Part shown: positions 1-9,863 of the stretch, in pieces
Numbering within the stretch: the first letter of the stretch is position 1
Layout: each line of letters starts with the position of its first letter
Position numbers and translations under genes: made by a program
Notes under the pieces: model-generated
What the model saw: the letters and a program-made list of their open reading frames with translations, nothing else
Database searches by the model: none
What the model was told of the DNA's origin: nothing
From: Candidatus Zhuqueibacterota bacterium
GTDB taxonomy: Bacteria; Zhuqueibacterota; Zhuqueibacteria; Thermofontimicrobiales; Thermofontimicrobiaceae
Assembly (NCBI GenBank): GCA_049322915.1
Contig: JBMOPW010000007.1
Coordinates: forward strand, 180,246 to 244,245
Direction of reading: 5' to 3'
DNA: 64,000 nt

Positions 1-183
1 TCTTGCGGCCAAGCCCCCCCCCCCCCCCCCCCCCCCCCACTACGCGTATGTCCTATAATAAGATAGGTGCTGTAATTTTAATTGATCATTCAGATGGTTA
101 GTATAAAATTCATTTTAGAATTATAGGTAATACTTCAAAAAATTTAATACACATCTGGAATATCTTTTGAGAAGGACCTCACA

Positions 184-1395
184 ATGCTACCATTCGAGGA
201 TGCGTTAAATGCTGTGTTGCAGCGAAGTCATAGCCTCGCGCCGATAAAATTGCCGCTGGAAAGCTGCGCCGGCAAGGTGCTTGCTGAGCCGGTAATTTCC
301 CCAGTGGATGTACCGCCGTTCACTCGTGCAACGGTGGATGGCTATGCTGTTCATTCGGAGGATGCCCGAAACGGCAGAGCGGTGCTGGAAGTCGTCGGCG
401 ATTTTCCGGCCGGTTCATTTCCTGATGTGGTGCTGGAGCGAGGTCAGGCTGCCCGCTTGCGGGCGAATACGCCTTTGCCCCAGGGGAGCAATGCGGTGCA
501 GCGGGAAGAATTTGTTCGCCCCCTGCAGGAAGGCGCGCGAATTGGCATGCTGGCTCCGGCCAACAGTTGGGAGAACGTCGAGTTGAAAGGCGCGCGCATG
601 AAACAGGGCGCTATCATCATCGAACGCGGCACGCTCATTCGCTCCAGTGAAATCAAGCTATCGGCGGCTGCGGGATTCACCGCGCTGCGCGTCTTTCCTG
701 TCCCCAGAGTCGTCGTGCTGGCTATTGGGGAAGCAGGCGAATCCTCGGGGGCCATGCATCGGCCAGATTCGATGGCGAGTCGCAGCAGCCAGATCGTGAT
801 GACCGCGCTGGAGGAGACCGGCGCTCGCGCGGAATTTCTGGGCATGGCGCCTCAGCGGGCGGATTTCATCGAGCGAAAAATGGTTGATTCCCGAACCTGC
901 GATCTCTGCCTGATCGTCGGCGCCATTTCAGAACAGGTCTGTTGGATGATACGGAAAATCATGGATCGAATTGGCGCCACCGTGGTGTTCGATAAAGTGG
1001 CCGTGAAACCCGGGCCGGGTCTGCTCTTCGCGACGTTCGAAGAGTCTCGGTTTTTCGTCTTCCCCGAAGAGAGTTACGCTGTGTCCATCCTGTTCGATGC
1101 GTTCATTTACCCGATGCTCCGGAAGATGATGGGCTTCAGCCGCTACAAGCGCGCAGCGACAACTGCTTCGCTGGAATCCAGTTTTAAAAAAGATGCACAG
1201 TACCATGTCCTGCACCCTGCTGTAATGAAGTATGCCGGAAATAAGGCGGTTGTGAAAAGTATTGCGCCATACAGCAAGACCGACATGGACTCCGTTTCCC
1301 GCAGCAACGCTGTGATGAGCATCCCGGCCGGAATTTCCCGGTTGAAAAAGGGTCAGCCGGTGGAAGTATTTTTGAAAAACGACCACGCCAAATGA
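184..1395 (+). CDS. MoeA/gephyrin-family protein with degenerate active-site motifs
   Basis: DVPPFxRATVDGYAV and KPG motifs and 403-aa length match MoeA, but TGDE, GGVS and PGNP are replaced. Confidence 0.8.
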   Translation: MLPFEDALNAVLQRSHSLAPIKLPLESCAGKVLAEPVISPVDVPPFTRATVDGYAVHSEDARNGRAVLEVVGDFPAGSFPDVVLERGQAARLRANTPLPQGSNAVQREEFVRPLQEGARIGMLAPANSWENVELKGARMKQGAIIIERGTLIRSSEIKLSAAAGFTALRVFPVPRVVVLAIGEAGESSGAMHRPDSMASRSSQIVMTALEETGARAEFLGMAPQRADFIERKMVDSRTCDLCLIVGAISEQVCWMIRKIMDRIGATVVFDKVAVKPGPGLLFATFEESRFFVFPEESYAVSILFDAFIYPMLRKMMGFSRYKRAATTASLESSFKKDAQYHVLHPAVMKYAGNKAVVKSIAPYSKTDMDSVSRSNAVMSIPAGISRLKKGQPVEVFLKNDHAK

Positions 1396-1479
1396 GACAA
1401 ATTTTACCCGAGGTTCCGCATGGGTGCGGGACGTCTCCGGCGTGGGGCTTTGGCAATGCTTTCTGAAAAATGTTTTCGG

Positions 1480-1627
1480 GTAACCGTTCACAGGTTCATC
1501 GCTCAGGGTTCAAGGTTAATAATAACGTACAGTTGATGACGGACTATTTGAGCATACAAAATTTTTTGAGCAACCATATCCAAAATCCCAACCGGGAACG
1601 CCGAACCCGGAACCTGTGAACGGCTAC
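1480..1627. repeat. Intergenic element with 18-bp terminal inverted repeats
   Basis: GTAACCGTTCACAGGTTC (1480-1497) versus GAACCTGTGAACGGCTAC (1610-1627), 17/18 complementary. Confidence 0.7.
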
Positions 1628-1662
1628 GTTTCGGGCTGGTAACTGAAGGAGATGACTGAGTC

Positions 1663-2202
1663 GTGAACAAATTTGTGAATCCGAGGAATTTCAAATTTTG
1701 CCCGCGTTGCGGTGATCGTCTGATGACAAAGTACATCGAAAACGAAGACACGGAGCGGCTGGTGTGCCGCGGCTGCCAATTTATTTTTTACATCAATCCC
1801 ACCCCGGCGGTTGCTGTCATTCTGGTTCAGGATGAAAAAATTCTTTTAGTGAAACGAAAATATGAGCCGCGCAAAGATGAATGGACGCTGCCGGCCGGTT
1901 TTATGGAATATAACGAACTGGCCGAGCAAACAGCGCTGCGCGAAGCCAAAGAGGAGACAAATCTGGATATTGCAATTGACGGTTTCTTTGGTGTTTACCC
2001 CGGCTTCGACGATCCGCGCGTGCATGTGGTGCTCATTGTCTTTCGGGGCAAGATTCTGAGGGGGCAGGCGCGACCCGGCGACGATGCGTCCGAGATCGGA
2101 TTTTTTTCGTTCAATGAGTTGCCGGAGAAAATTGCTTTCCATTCGCATCAACAGATTCTCACTCAGTTGAAGGAATACTATCAGCCTTATGGCATATTGT
2201 AA
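1663..2202 (+). CDS. NUDIX hydrolase with N-terminal zinc ribbon
   Basis: CPRCG...CRGC ribbon and Nudix box GFMEYNELAEQTALREAKEETNL. Confidence 0.9.
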   Translation: MNKFVNPRNFKFCPRCGDRLMTKYIENEDTERLVCRGCQFIFYINPTPAVAVILVQDEKILLVKRKYEPRKDEWTLPAGFMEYNELAEQTALREAKEETNLDIAIDGFFGVYPGFDDPRVHVVLIVFRGKILRGQARPGDDASEIGFFSFNELPEKIAFHSHQQILTQLKEYYQPYGIL

Positions 2203-2365
2203 CTCTCTGCCGCAGCGCACGGGTCGTTATCGAAATCATCCGAACGTAGCGCCGGTATTCGCTGGCGCCTGCCGGATAAAAAAAATCCCGAATTGCCAAA
2301 GCTATCTGGCCGGAGCGATTTTCATCTGACATGAAAATAAATCCCTTGCATCGTTAGTATCTGAC

Positions 2366-2572
2366 GCAAATTTTTCAGACTTTTTTTGGCAGAAAATTTT
2401 ATGGAATACTGATGATGCTGATGATATCCAAAAAGGTGGCGGACGTTCCGCAGAGATCACGCCAACGGCAGGTGCGTCCTTCGGCGCATTTACACTGATT
2501 AAGAATCCGTGAAGATCAGCGCGGAACGTCCGCCGATTTTTTAGGAGGACCATCCGTGTAATCAGCGTTCTA
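2366..2572. repeat. Dispersed ~200-bp repeat, copy 1 (copy 2 at 20631-20812)
   Basis: Shares exact TTTACACTGATTAAGAATCCG and colinear flanks with copy 2. Perfect internal 14-bp inverted repeat at 2438-2451/2521-2534. Confidence 0.8.
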
Positions 2573-2640
2573 AGTCTTTTTTGGTTCCGACTTGTCCAGG
2601 TTAGGATGTATCGCTGGAGATGGTCAGAGCGCTTCTGCTT

Positions 2641-2875
2641 CAATTCAAAGAAAAGCTGATTCTGCGCTGTTGTACGATGAATATTCGGTGATCGGCGCAC
2701 TGGTTCGAACGCGGGAGAAGGTGCGGCCGGTTTTCGTTACTCCGGGGCACAAAAAATCACAATCGGGGAATCGGTGGACTGGGTTTTGAAAACAAGCCGA
2801 CGGTTTCGAATACCGGAGCCGATTCGACAAAGTCACCTCACAGTAACAAACCTGAGAGCAGCGTATGAACGATAA
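2641..2875 (+). pseudogene. nfi: Endonuclease V C-terminal remnant, frameshifted
   Basis: IGALVRTREKVRPVFVTPGHK, then after a frameshift at the A6 run (2751-2756) ITIGESVDWVLKTSRRFRIPEPIRQSH. N-terminal part absent. Confidence 0.8.
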
Positions 2876-3842
2876 AGAAATGCAGGACACGAAGGGGCAG
2901 ACAGGGTTTGTGTATCACGACGATTATCTGCTCCATACCATGGGTGAGTGGCATCCTGAACAGCCGAAGCGTCTCACCAGCATTGTGAATTACCTCAGGA
3001 AAAATGACCTGTGGGATTCATTAATTCACATCCAGCCTTATCCGGCCGAAGTCGCCTGGCTGGAGACAGTCCATGCGCGGCCGTACATCCAGTCGGTGGA
3101 AGCTGCATGCCAATCCGACCAATTCCAGTTTGATGCGGATACCGCGGTGAACCGGCATTCGTACCGGGTGGCATTGCTGGCTGTCGGTGGCGCTCTGGCA
3201 GCAGCGGACGCGATTGTGGCTGGCAAAGTGAAGAATGCATTTTGCGCCATTCGTCCGCCGGGCCATCATGCTGAAAAAGACGCGGCCATGGGATTCTGTC
3301 TGTTCAATAATGTCGCCATCACAGCCAGGTATTTGCAGCGGCAATATGATTTCAAAAAAATCTTGATCATCGATTGGGATGTGCATCATGGGAATGGCAC
3401 GCAGAACGCGTTTTACTCCGATCCTTCGGTGTTTTACTTCAGCACGCATCAATGGCCGCATTATCCCGGTTCCGGCCTGAAAACTGAACGCGGTGAGGGC
3501 GACGGACTCGGGTATACGTTGAATGTCCCCATGGCATCTGGTCAGAGCGATGCCGAATATGTCGAGGTTTTCGAGCAGATATTGCTGCCGGCGGCTCAGC
3601 GATTTGAACCGGATTTCATCCTCATCAGCGCCGGATTCGACGCCCACAGCCTGGATCAATTATCCGGCATGGAGATGACGCGCGTGGGCTACGGCAAACT
3701 GACCGAGATTGTGATGCGACTGGCGGACGAGTATTGCGACGGCCGCATCATTTCCCTGCTTGAAGGGGGTTATAACCTGGAGATGCTGGCGCAGAGCGTG
3801 GCCCGGCATCTCGAAGTGCTGCAACGAAGGAGGGTGTCATGA
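2865..3842 (+). CDS. Histone deacetylase family protein
   Basis: HPE, RPPGHHA, GFCLFNN, DWDVHHGNGTQ, SAGFD and LEGGY motifs. Confidence 0.95.
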   Translation: MNDKEMQDTKGQTGFVYHDDYLLHTMGEWHPEQPKRLTSIVNYLRKNDLWDSLIHIQPYPAEVAWLETVHARPYIQSVEAACQSDQFQFDADTAVNRHSYRVALLAVGGALAAADAIVAGKVKNAFCAIRPPGHHAEKDAAMGFCLFNNVAITARYLQRQYDFKKILIIDWDVHHGNGTQNAFYSDPSVFYFSTHQWPHYPGSGLKTERGEGDGLGYTLNVPMASGQSDAEYVEVFEQILLPAAQRFEPDFILISAGFDAHSLDQLSGMEMTRVGYGKLTEIVMRLADEYCDGRIISLLEGGYNLEMLAQSVARHLEVLQRRRVS

Positions 3843-4585
3843 AGCGATTTCTTGTCTGCGCGATTCTACTGGTGAACATTGTCGCCTGCCGCTGGGACAC
3901 GAGCGATGCAGTGCCTCAGAACAGCCGGCGATTCGGGGATGATCCCTTTCTCAGAGATCGGCTGGCCATGGTCGATGCCCAGATTAACCGGCGAGGCGTT
4001 GCGGATTCGCTCGTATTGAACGCCATGAGAAAAGTGCCGCGACACGAATTCGTCCCGGCCCATTTGAAAAAGCAGGCCTATATCGATTCTCCTCTGCCCA
4101 TCGGCGAAGATCAGACCATTTCCCAGCCGTATATCGTGGGCTTTATGACGGAATGTCTGTCGTTGACGGGCCATGAAAAAGTGCTGGAAATTGGGACAGG
4201 TTCCGGCTATCAGGCTGCTGTACTGGCGGAGATTGTCGATAGCGTCTTCACCATTGAAATCGTGCCGTCATTGGGACAGCGGTCGAGAACGCTGCTGCAC
4301 GATCTGGGATACAAGAATATTCATGTCCGCATTGGCGATGGTTATCAGGGTTGGCCGGATCAGGCGCCATTTGACGCGATCATCGTGACGGCTGCCCCGG
4401 GTCACATTCCGCAGCCTTTGATCGATCAGCTCAAACCGGGCGGCCGGATGATCATACCAGTTGGCGACTATTATCAGGAATTGGTGCTGCTCACAAAAAA
4501 TAACGCTGGTGAAATTGCTAGAAAATCAATCCTGCCGGTGCGATTTGTCCCCATGACCGGCGAAGCCTTGAAGCGACGCCATTAA
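3839..4585 (+). CDS. pcm: Protein-L-isoaspartate O-methyltransferase with N-terminal lipoprotein-like signal
   Basis: VPRHEFVP, QTISQP, VLEIGTGSGYQAA, APFDAIIVTAA and VRFVPM motifs. Confidence 0.93.
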   Translation: MKRFLVCAILLVNIVACRWDTSDAVPQNSRRFGDDPFLRDRLAMVDAQINRRGVADSLVLNAMRKVPRHEFVPAHLKKQAYIDSPLPIGEDQTISQPYIVGFMTECLSLTGHEKVLEIGTGSGYQAAVLAEIVDSVFTIEIVPSLGQRSRTLLHDLGYKNIHVRIGDGYQGWPDQAPFDAIIVTAAPGHIPQPLIDQLKPGGRMIIPVGDYYQELVLLTKNNAGEIARKSILPVRFVPMTGEALKRRH

Positions 4586-4774
4586 TTCGGGTCGATTGAG
4601 GCCTGGCCCGGCGAATTCTGTTCTGAAACTAATCAAGTGGAATTACGTTATTAGAGACGTCTTAAACGGCAGGCATCAAGGAGCGCCGAGGTATCCGCTG
4701 GTTGCAGTTGAAGAACTGGCGGCTTTTTTTGAATGATGAAAATAAAAATTGAAGTAATCGGGAAAGGAGCAAGT

Positions 4775-5554
4775 ATGGAAGCCAAAAATGAAGCAGCAAC
4801 CGACGGCTCGATGAATCCGAAGCGATTGTATCGGTCCAAAATCGATCGCATCATTGCCGGCGTCTGCGGTGGATTTGCGGAGTATTTCAATATGGATCCC
4901 ACTGTGGTGAGAGTCATCTGGTTGGTGACGTTATTCTTTGGCGGATTTGGTTTTTGGGTATATGTGGTTTCGTTGATTATCATGCGCGAGAATCCGGACC
5001 AGCGAATTGCCGATGCGAAAAAGCCGGAGAATCTCAACTTTTTTTGGGGCATCGGTCTTGTCCTGTTGGGACTTTCCATTCTATCCTCGAACATGAATTG
5101 GAATCTATTCCATTTCCGACCGTTTCATCTGGACTTTTTCGATCCGTGGTTTTTTAACTGGGATCGATTCTGGCCAGTGGTCATTATCCTGATGGGAGTG
5201 TTTTATCTGGTCTATGTGATGAAACAGAAAAAAGAAGCGGAGGAAGGGCGATCTGCAATGCCGCACCTGTTTCGGTCAAAAACTGAGAAAGTCATTGGCG
5301 GCGTCTGCGGAGGCATTGCCTATAATTTGAAGGTCGATCCGGTGATTGTGAGAATCAGTTGGGTGTTGCTGAGCCTTTTGACAAAGATATTCCTCGGCGT
5401 GATCGTTTACATCCTGTGGATGATTATTGTGCCGGAAGAATCGCCGCTTCAGCAACAGACTGTTTCCGATGTTCCGACTGAAGAGAAAACAACGGCCAGA
5501 GCGCCGAGACGCGTGAAAACAATTCCCAAACCTGAAGATGAAAAATCAGTGTAG
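4775..5554 (+). CDS. Membrane protein with two PspC domains
   Basis: Two L(Y/F)RSK..xxIxGVCGGxA...DPxxVR motifs. Start placed at ATG 4775 after a GGAG RBS. Confidence 0.85.
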   Translation: MEAKNEAATDGSMNPKRLYRSKIDRIIAGVCGGFAEYFNMDPTVVRVIWLVTLFFGGFGFWVYVVSLIIMRENPDQRIADAKKPENLNFFWGIGLVLLGLSILSSNMNWNLFHFRPFHLDFFDPWFFNWDRFWPVVIILMGVFYLVYVMKQKKEAEEGRSAMPHLFRSKTEKVIGGVCGGIAYNLKVDPVIVRISWVLLSLLTKIFLGVIVYILWMIIVPEESPLQQQTVSDVPTEEKTTARAPRRVKTIPKPEDEKSV

Positions 5555-5603
5555 CAATTCCATTGAAAATAACATGCAAGTTAATATGTCTCGAATGAAG
5601 GTT

Positions 5604-5705
5604 ACCCTACAACTTCATTTGGTAAATTTATCACACTATGTTGAGTTTTTCATCTATCAAAAATACATTATACAACGATAAAAAATCTATGTGACGTAGT
5701 AGGGT
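5604..5705. mobile_element. 102-bp MITE-like element, copy 1
   Basis: Ends ACCCTACAACTTCA / TGACGTAGTAGGGT. Same length and colinear with 17613-17714. Confidence 0.75.
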
Positions 5706-5751
5706 TAACAGGTTGGTGCGATGAAAATGCTCAACGATTGGAGGGAACAAA

Positions 5752-6276
5752 ATGAGCGAACATAAAAAATCCATTTGGCCCGGCGTGCTATTGGTAGTTT
5801 TTGGAGCCATCCTTTTGGTCAATCGGCTCACCCCATACCATTTTGGTTGGAGCGAGATTTATCCTCTGGTTCTATTGGGATTTGGAGTTGTGCTGTTGTC
5901 ATCCGTATTCGCGAAGAAGGACAAGGGCGCTGTATTTCCCGGCACGATTCTGTTCCTGCTGGGACTGTTTTTCTTCCTGAGAAATTTCGACATCATCGAT
6001 TACTATCATATCAGTGATGTCTGGCCCATCTTCTTCATCATTTTCGGACTGGGATTCATTGCCATCTTCATCACCAAACCATCGGATTGGGGAGTCCTGA
6101 TTCCGGCGGCCATATTCTTATTTTTAGGCGCGATGTTCTGGCTCAATATCAGGACAGAGCTTATCTGGGATGTCTGGTATCTTGTCGCTGATTACTGGCC
6201 GGTCGTCCTCATCCTCATCGGCGGTGGCATTCTTTTAGGCGGACTGAAAAAGAAGCGGGATGTGGAAGTGATGTAA
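5752..6276 (+). CDS. LiaF/DUF5668-like membrane protein
   Basis: Repeated (W/Y)Pxx(L/F)xxxG transmembrane hairpins, downstream of the PspC gene. Confidence 0.7.
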   Translation: MSEHKKSIWPGVLLVVFGAILLVNRLTPYHFGWSEIYPLVLLGFGVVLLSSVFAKKDKGAVFPGTILFLLGLFFFLRNFDIIDYYHISDVWPIFFIIFGLGFIAIFITKPSDWGVLIPAAIFLFLGAMFWLNIRTELIWDVWYLVADYWPVVLILIGGGILLGGLKKKRDVEVM

Positions 6277-6342
6277 AAGTCACACGTGCATTTGTCAGAA
6301 TTATTCCAACGCTACGTTTCCCTGTTTCTGGCTGCAGAATTT

Positions 6343-6399
6343 ATCCCTCTCTCATGGCTATCGATGTCCTGTGGACTCGAATGAGAGAGGGATTTTTTT
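6343..6399 (+). terminator. Intrinsic terminator
   Basis: 13-bp stem ATCCCTCTCTCAT/ATGAGAGAGGGAT followed by a T run. Confidence 0.7.
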
Positions 6400-6559
6400 A
6401 TCTCCACGAGTATGGTCATGGCTTCTTTTCGTTGTGCAAAGTCAGAGGCTTCCATTCATGGTGAAGGTCATTTCAGTCTGAAATGCCTGAACTGGCTGGT
6501 CGGGCCAGAAAAAATCATGGAGTTTAGGCCAATAGCAGGCCTGATGAATGAATTAATTC

Positions 6560-6588
6560 TTGACAAAGTATTTAAAAGTTATTATATT
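6560..6588 (+). promoter_or_regulatory. Sigma70-type promoter
   Basis: TTGACA-N17-TATATT upstream of the TPR gene. Confidence 0.65.
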
Positions 6589-6707
6589 TGTAAAATTATA
6601 AACTTAGGGCGTGACGACGCTGACTGAGTTGTTTAGCGAATCCACAGGGCTGCATTTCGCACCACTTCCTTGGAGAAAAGTATTTAGCGTAAAGGAATAC
6701 GGATCGT

Positions 6708-8069
6708 ATGTATTTTCTCGTGATCAATGGATTGCTGGCTGCTTTCTTTTTATTCCTTATCTTCGTTGCGGTGCGGCTGAAATTTTGGGCGTTTCTTCCT
6801 GTCAATATTTTTGGATTGGTCATAGTCAGTCTCGCAGCGTATCTTGATGTGAACCATCAGCTGACCCATTCATACATTCTGATGCTGTTTTTCGGACTAC
6901 TGGTCGTGCTCATCACAGATATTATTTTCACCTATCAGGAATTTGGATTGCAGCTAACAGAGCGGGACCAGCAGCGAATGCGACGGTACGTGCTACTGGG
7001 TGGGCCCAATGAGTATTTCAAGATTATCGGTGAAGAGGACGTGATAAAAACTGAAGTGGAGATGAACAAGGATGTTCCGATTCCGGATCGGCTTCAGGCG
7101 CTCGAAATGATCCGTCAGGGGAATAAAGCGGTCCAGCAAAATGAGCTCAGCGAGGCGTTGGATAAATACAATGCCTCGACTACCTGGGTTGAAACGAGCA
7201 TCGGTTATTTGAACAAAAGCGCCGTGCTGATTCACACCGAGAAATATGAAGAAGCGCTGATCATGGCGGAGAAAGCAGCGTCACTGAAGGATGAGTTTTT
7301 CGAAGCGTATCTCAATCAGGGAGTCGCCCAGGAGAAACTTCGCAAATTGGATAAAGCATTTGAGCTTTATAAAAAAGCGGCAACCATCGCTCCTGATGAA
7401 TATGAAGCTTGGTATTGTTGCGCCAATGTCCTGTATAAAATGAATCGGTTCGTGGAAGCCATTGAACATTTTGATCGTTCCATCAATCTCGATGGCCGCC
7501 ATTACGAGGCCTGGTACTACAAGGGTGTTTGTCTGCAGCGCACAGGAAAAGAGGTGGAAGCCCTGCGCTGTTTTGAGCAGGTGATAAAATTGAATTCCAC
7601 GTATTCCCATGCCTATTACCGGGCCGGAAATATTCTGAATCGCCTTGAAAGAAACAATGAAGCCATTAAGGCCTACGAGAAGGCGATTAAAAATAATTCT
7701 GAATTCATCAAAGCGTGGAATAATCTTGGGGTGGTTTTGACCAAGGTGGGCCGCATTAAGGATGCGGTGAAATGCTACGAACGGGCGCTCAAAATTAACC
7801 CGGAATATTTGGAAGCATTGCTCAATAAAGGCCTGGCGCTGGATTCACTGGGCATATACAAAAAAGCTCAGGTGTGCTATAGCAAGTTTCTGGAATTAGC
7901 GCCATCGGATATGGAGAAGCGCATTGCAATCACCCGCAAACGTCTCGATGAAATCAATGCGAAATCTCAGGTCAAGAAAAAACAGAAAAAATCCGGGGAC
8001 AAGAAAAAATCGAAGTCAATGCAAGCCAAGTTCGAATTAGCCGATGATGCGCTGAAGACCAAAATGTGA
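6708..8069 (+). CDS. Membrane-anchored TPR protein
   Basis: Three N-terminal hydrophobic helices, then many TPRs (AWYYKG, AWNNLG) and a Lys-rich tail. Confidence 0.85.
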   Translation: MYFLVINGLLAAFFLFLIFVAVRLKFWAFLPVNIFGLVIVSLAAYLDVNHQLTHSYILMLFFGLLVVLITDIIFTYQEFGLQLTERDQQRMRRYVLLGGPNEYFKIIGEEDVIKTEVEMNKDVPIPDRLQALEMIRQGNKAVQQNELSEALDKYNASTTWVETSIGYLNKSAVLIHTEKYEEALIMAEKAASLKDEFFEAYLNQGVAQEKLRKLDKAFELYKKAATIAPDEYEAWYCCANVLYKMNRFVEAIEHFDRSINLDGRHYEAWYYKGVCLQRTGKEVEALRCFEQVIKLNSTYSHAYYRAGNILNRLERNNEAIKAYEKAIKNNSEFIKAWNNLGVVLTKVGRIKDAVKCYERALKINPEYLEALLNKGLALDSLGIYKKAQVCYSKFLELAPSDMEKRIAITRKRLDEINAKSQVKKKQKKSGDKKKSKSMQAKFELADDALKTKM

Positions 8070-8448
8070 AGCGCGGCAAAAGTTGGGGGCAGCTACCCTG
8101 GGTGAACAGTGTGGCTGAAGATGGGGATCGTGGGGCCTCTGGTGGATTGAAAATGTACTCAATGTAAATTCTACTTACCCAAACTCTCTCAGCGCAATGA
8201 TGGATGCGACGCTGGGTTGCATCCGTCGTTTGAAGTATCCTGTTTTGAGGGAACATTCCATGGGGCTGGTTGCATCGGGGATATTTCAGAGATTGCCGCG
8301 CGCATCTGAGAAAACGGCGCGGACATTTCCATGGGCTTTCGCTAACACCGCACCATCCTCGAAAGACCACTCATCCCTGTCACACATGAATCATGCACAT
8401 ATGTTCATTTTCCGGTTTGATGAGAAGCCAAAAACGTTGCGTTGAAGT

Positions 8449-9531
8449 ATGATTAATTTGAAAATTGAAACGGAACAAAAGACTTTTCCCATGTACATCG
8501 GGGTGGATATTTTCCCGAAGCTGGGCGAGATCTATCAGATTTATGGGTATGGTCGTCATGCGCTCCTTGTGGCTGATGAACGGCTGAAGGACAATTTCGG
8601 TGAATTGCTGTGCCTGGAATTCGGCAAAAAAAACATCGAATTGACTCGGGTTACAGTTTCAGAAAAACTTATCGAAGGCGGCATGCATTCCATTTCGGAG
8701 ATGACCCGTCTTTTCCTATCCGCCGGATTGAAATCGGGCGATACCGTGGTATCGATGGGAGGGAGCCGCCTGCTTCACTTTGTTGGATTTGCAGCCGGCC
8801 TCATCCACGGCGGAGTCCAATTGATCGAGGTGCCCACATCACTTGTCGCACAGGTTGTTACAAGCACAAACACCTCGCATCGGTTGAACTTTGATTCCAT
8901 GCCGGAGCTGTTACGCGTTGATGGAAAGGTCAATCTTGTCTGGAGCGATGTGGCGTTTCTCAAGACGTTGCCTGATCCACATTTCATCGCCGGCCTGGGG
9001 TACATTCTCAAATATGCCTGTCTGATAAAAAATGGATTATTCGAATTCATGGAATCGCAGATCGAGCGTATTTTGAAGAAGGATCTCGATCTCATCGAGG
9101 AGATCGTTCATAGAAGCTGCGAGACGCAGAATACCCTGGTCAGGAATCATAGAAAAGATCGTTCGGTTTTGTTGCGAACGCGATTCGGCGATGATACGAG
9201 TCGAATTTTACGCGATGTCGCCCATCCATCCATTCGTTATGGAGAGGCGCTCTTTTTTGGGATGCTCATTGACGTGGTCATTGCATATAAATTGGGGATT
9301 TTTTCGGGCCGCGATTTCGAGCGTTATTATGAAATATTGAAACGATTCCCGCTCCAGTATCTGCTCGATCGAATTCAGGGCGAGGATTTATTGCGCGCTG
9401 TTTCGGCGCGACTCAACACCGAAACGAACTACACGCTGCCACTGCCAAAGGAAATCGGCGATTTTGTTCAAGACTCTCCGGTGCAATTAGCGGATTATGA
9501 ATACGCCATCAATCTGATTTTTGCCGAGTAA
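8449..9531 (+). CDS. 3-dehydroquinate synthase (AroB)-like protein with degenerate active site
   Basis: Colinear with AroB (MGGS..FVGFAA, VPTSLVAQV, LKTLP, ILKY, GEA) but metal and NAD motifs are substituted. Confidence 0.75.
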   Translation: MINLKIETEQKTFPMYIGVDIFPKLGEIYQIYGYGRHALLVADERLKDNFGELLCLEFGKKNIELTRVTVSEKLIEGGMHSISEMTRLFLSAGLKSGDTVVSMGGSRLLHFVGFAAGLIHGGVQLIEVPTSLVAQVVTSTNTSHRLNFDSMPELLRVDGKVNLVWSDVAFLKTLPDPHFIAGLGYILKYACLIKNGLFEFMESQIERILKKDLDLIEEIVHRSCETQNTLVRNHRKDRSVLLRTRFGDDTSRILRDVAHPSIRYGEALFFGMLIDVVIAYKLGIFSGRDFERYYEILKRFPLQYLLDRIQGEDLLRAVSARLNTETNYTLPLPKEIGDFVQDSPVQLADYEYAINLIFAE

Positions 9532-9789
9532 AATTTATCGATGAGCGCGCATTAAGTTGGCGTAATGATTTGATCCCATTAATTCAAGCCAGCAATTTAT
9601 GGAGGAGTATGTTTACGGGTTGTTACTGATATGTTCGTTTTTCGATAACTTGAAATTGAATCACTGCGAGACAGCGCTTGTTTACGCATCGTACAAAAAG
9701 CTAATAAATTGAAAATATCACAAAAAAGGCCGGTCAAATAAGTCTAAGTATTTCAGCTTGTTGGAGTCCTGAAATTTTTTGGAAAGTCA

Positions 9790-9804
9790 TGGCACGTCGT
9801 TTGT
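9790..9804 (+). promoter_or_regulatory. Possible sigma54 -24/-12 promoter
   Basis: TGGCAC-N5-TTGT versus consensus TGGCAC-N5-TTGC, about 60 nt upstream of ORF 9864. Confidence 0.4.
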
Positions 9805-9863
9805 TTAAATAAAGGCCAACACTAATTCGGAATAACTGTGAACGCTAAAAGAGAGAAGGTGCC

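Noticed and set aside
14..38. 25-nt poly-C run
   Set aside because: It lies at the very start of the window and is most likely a sequencing or assembly artefact.
8070..8448. Long spacer with hairpin GATGGATGCGAC/GTTGCATCCGTC and small ORFs
   Set aside because: A single hairpin with no second copy or recognisable RNA or protein family.
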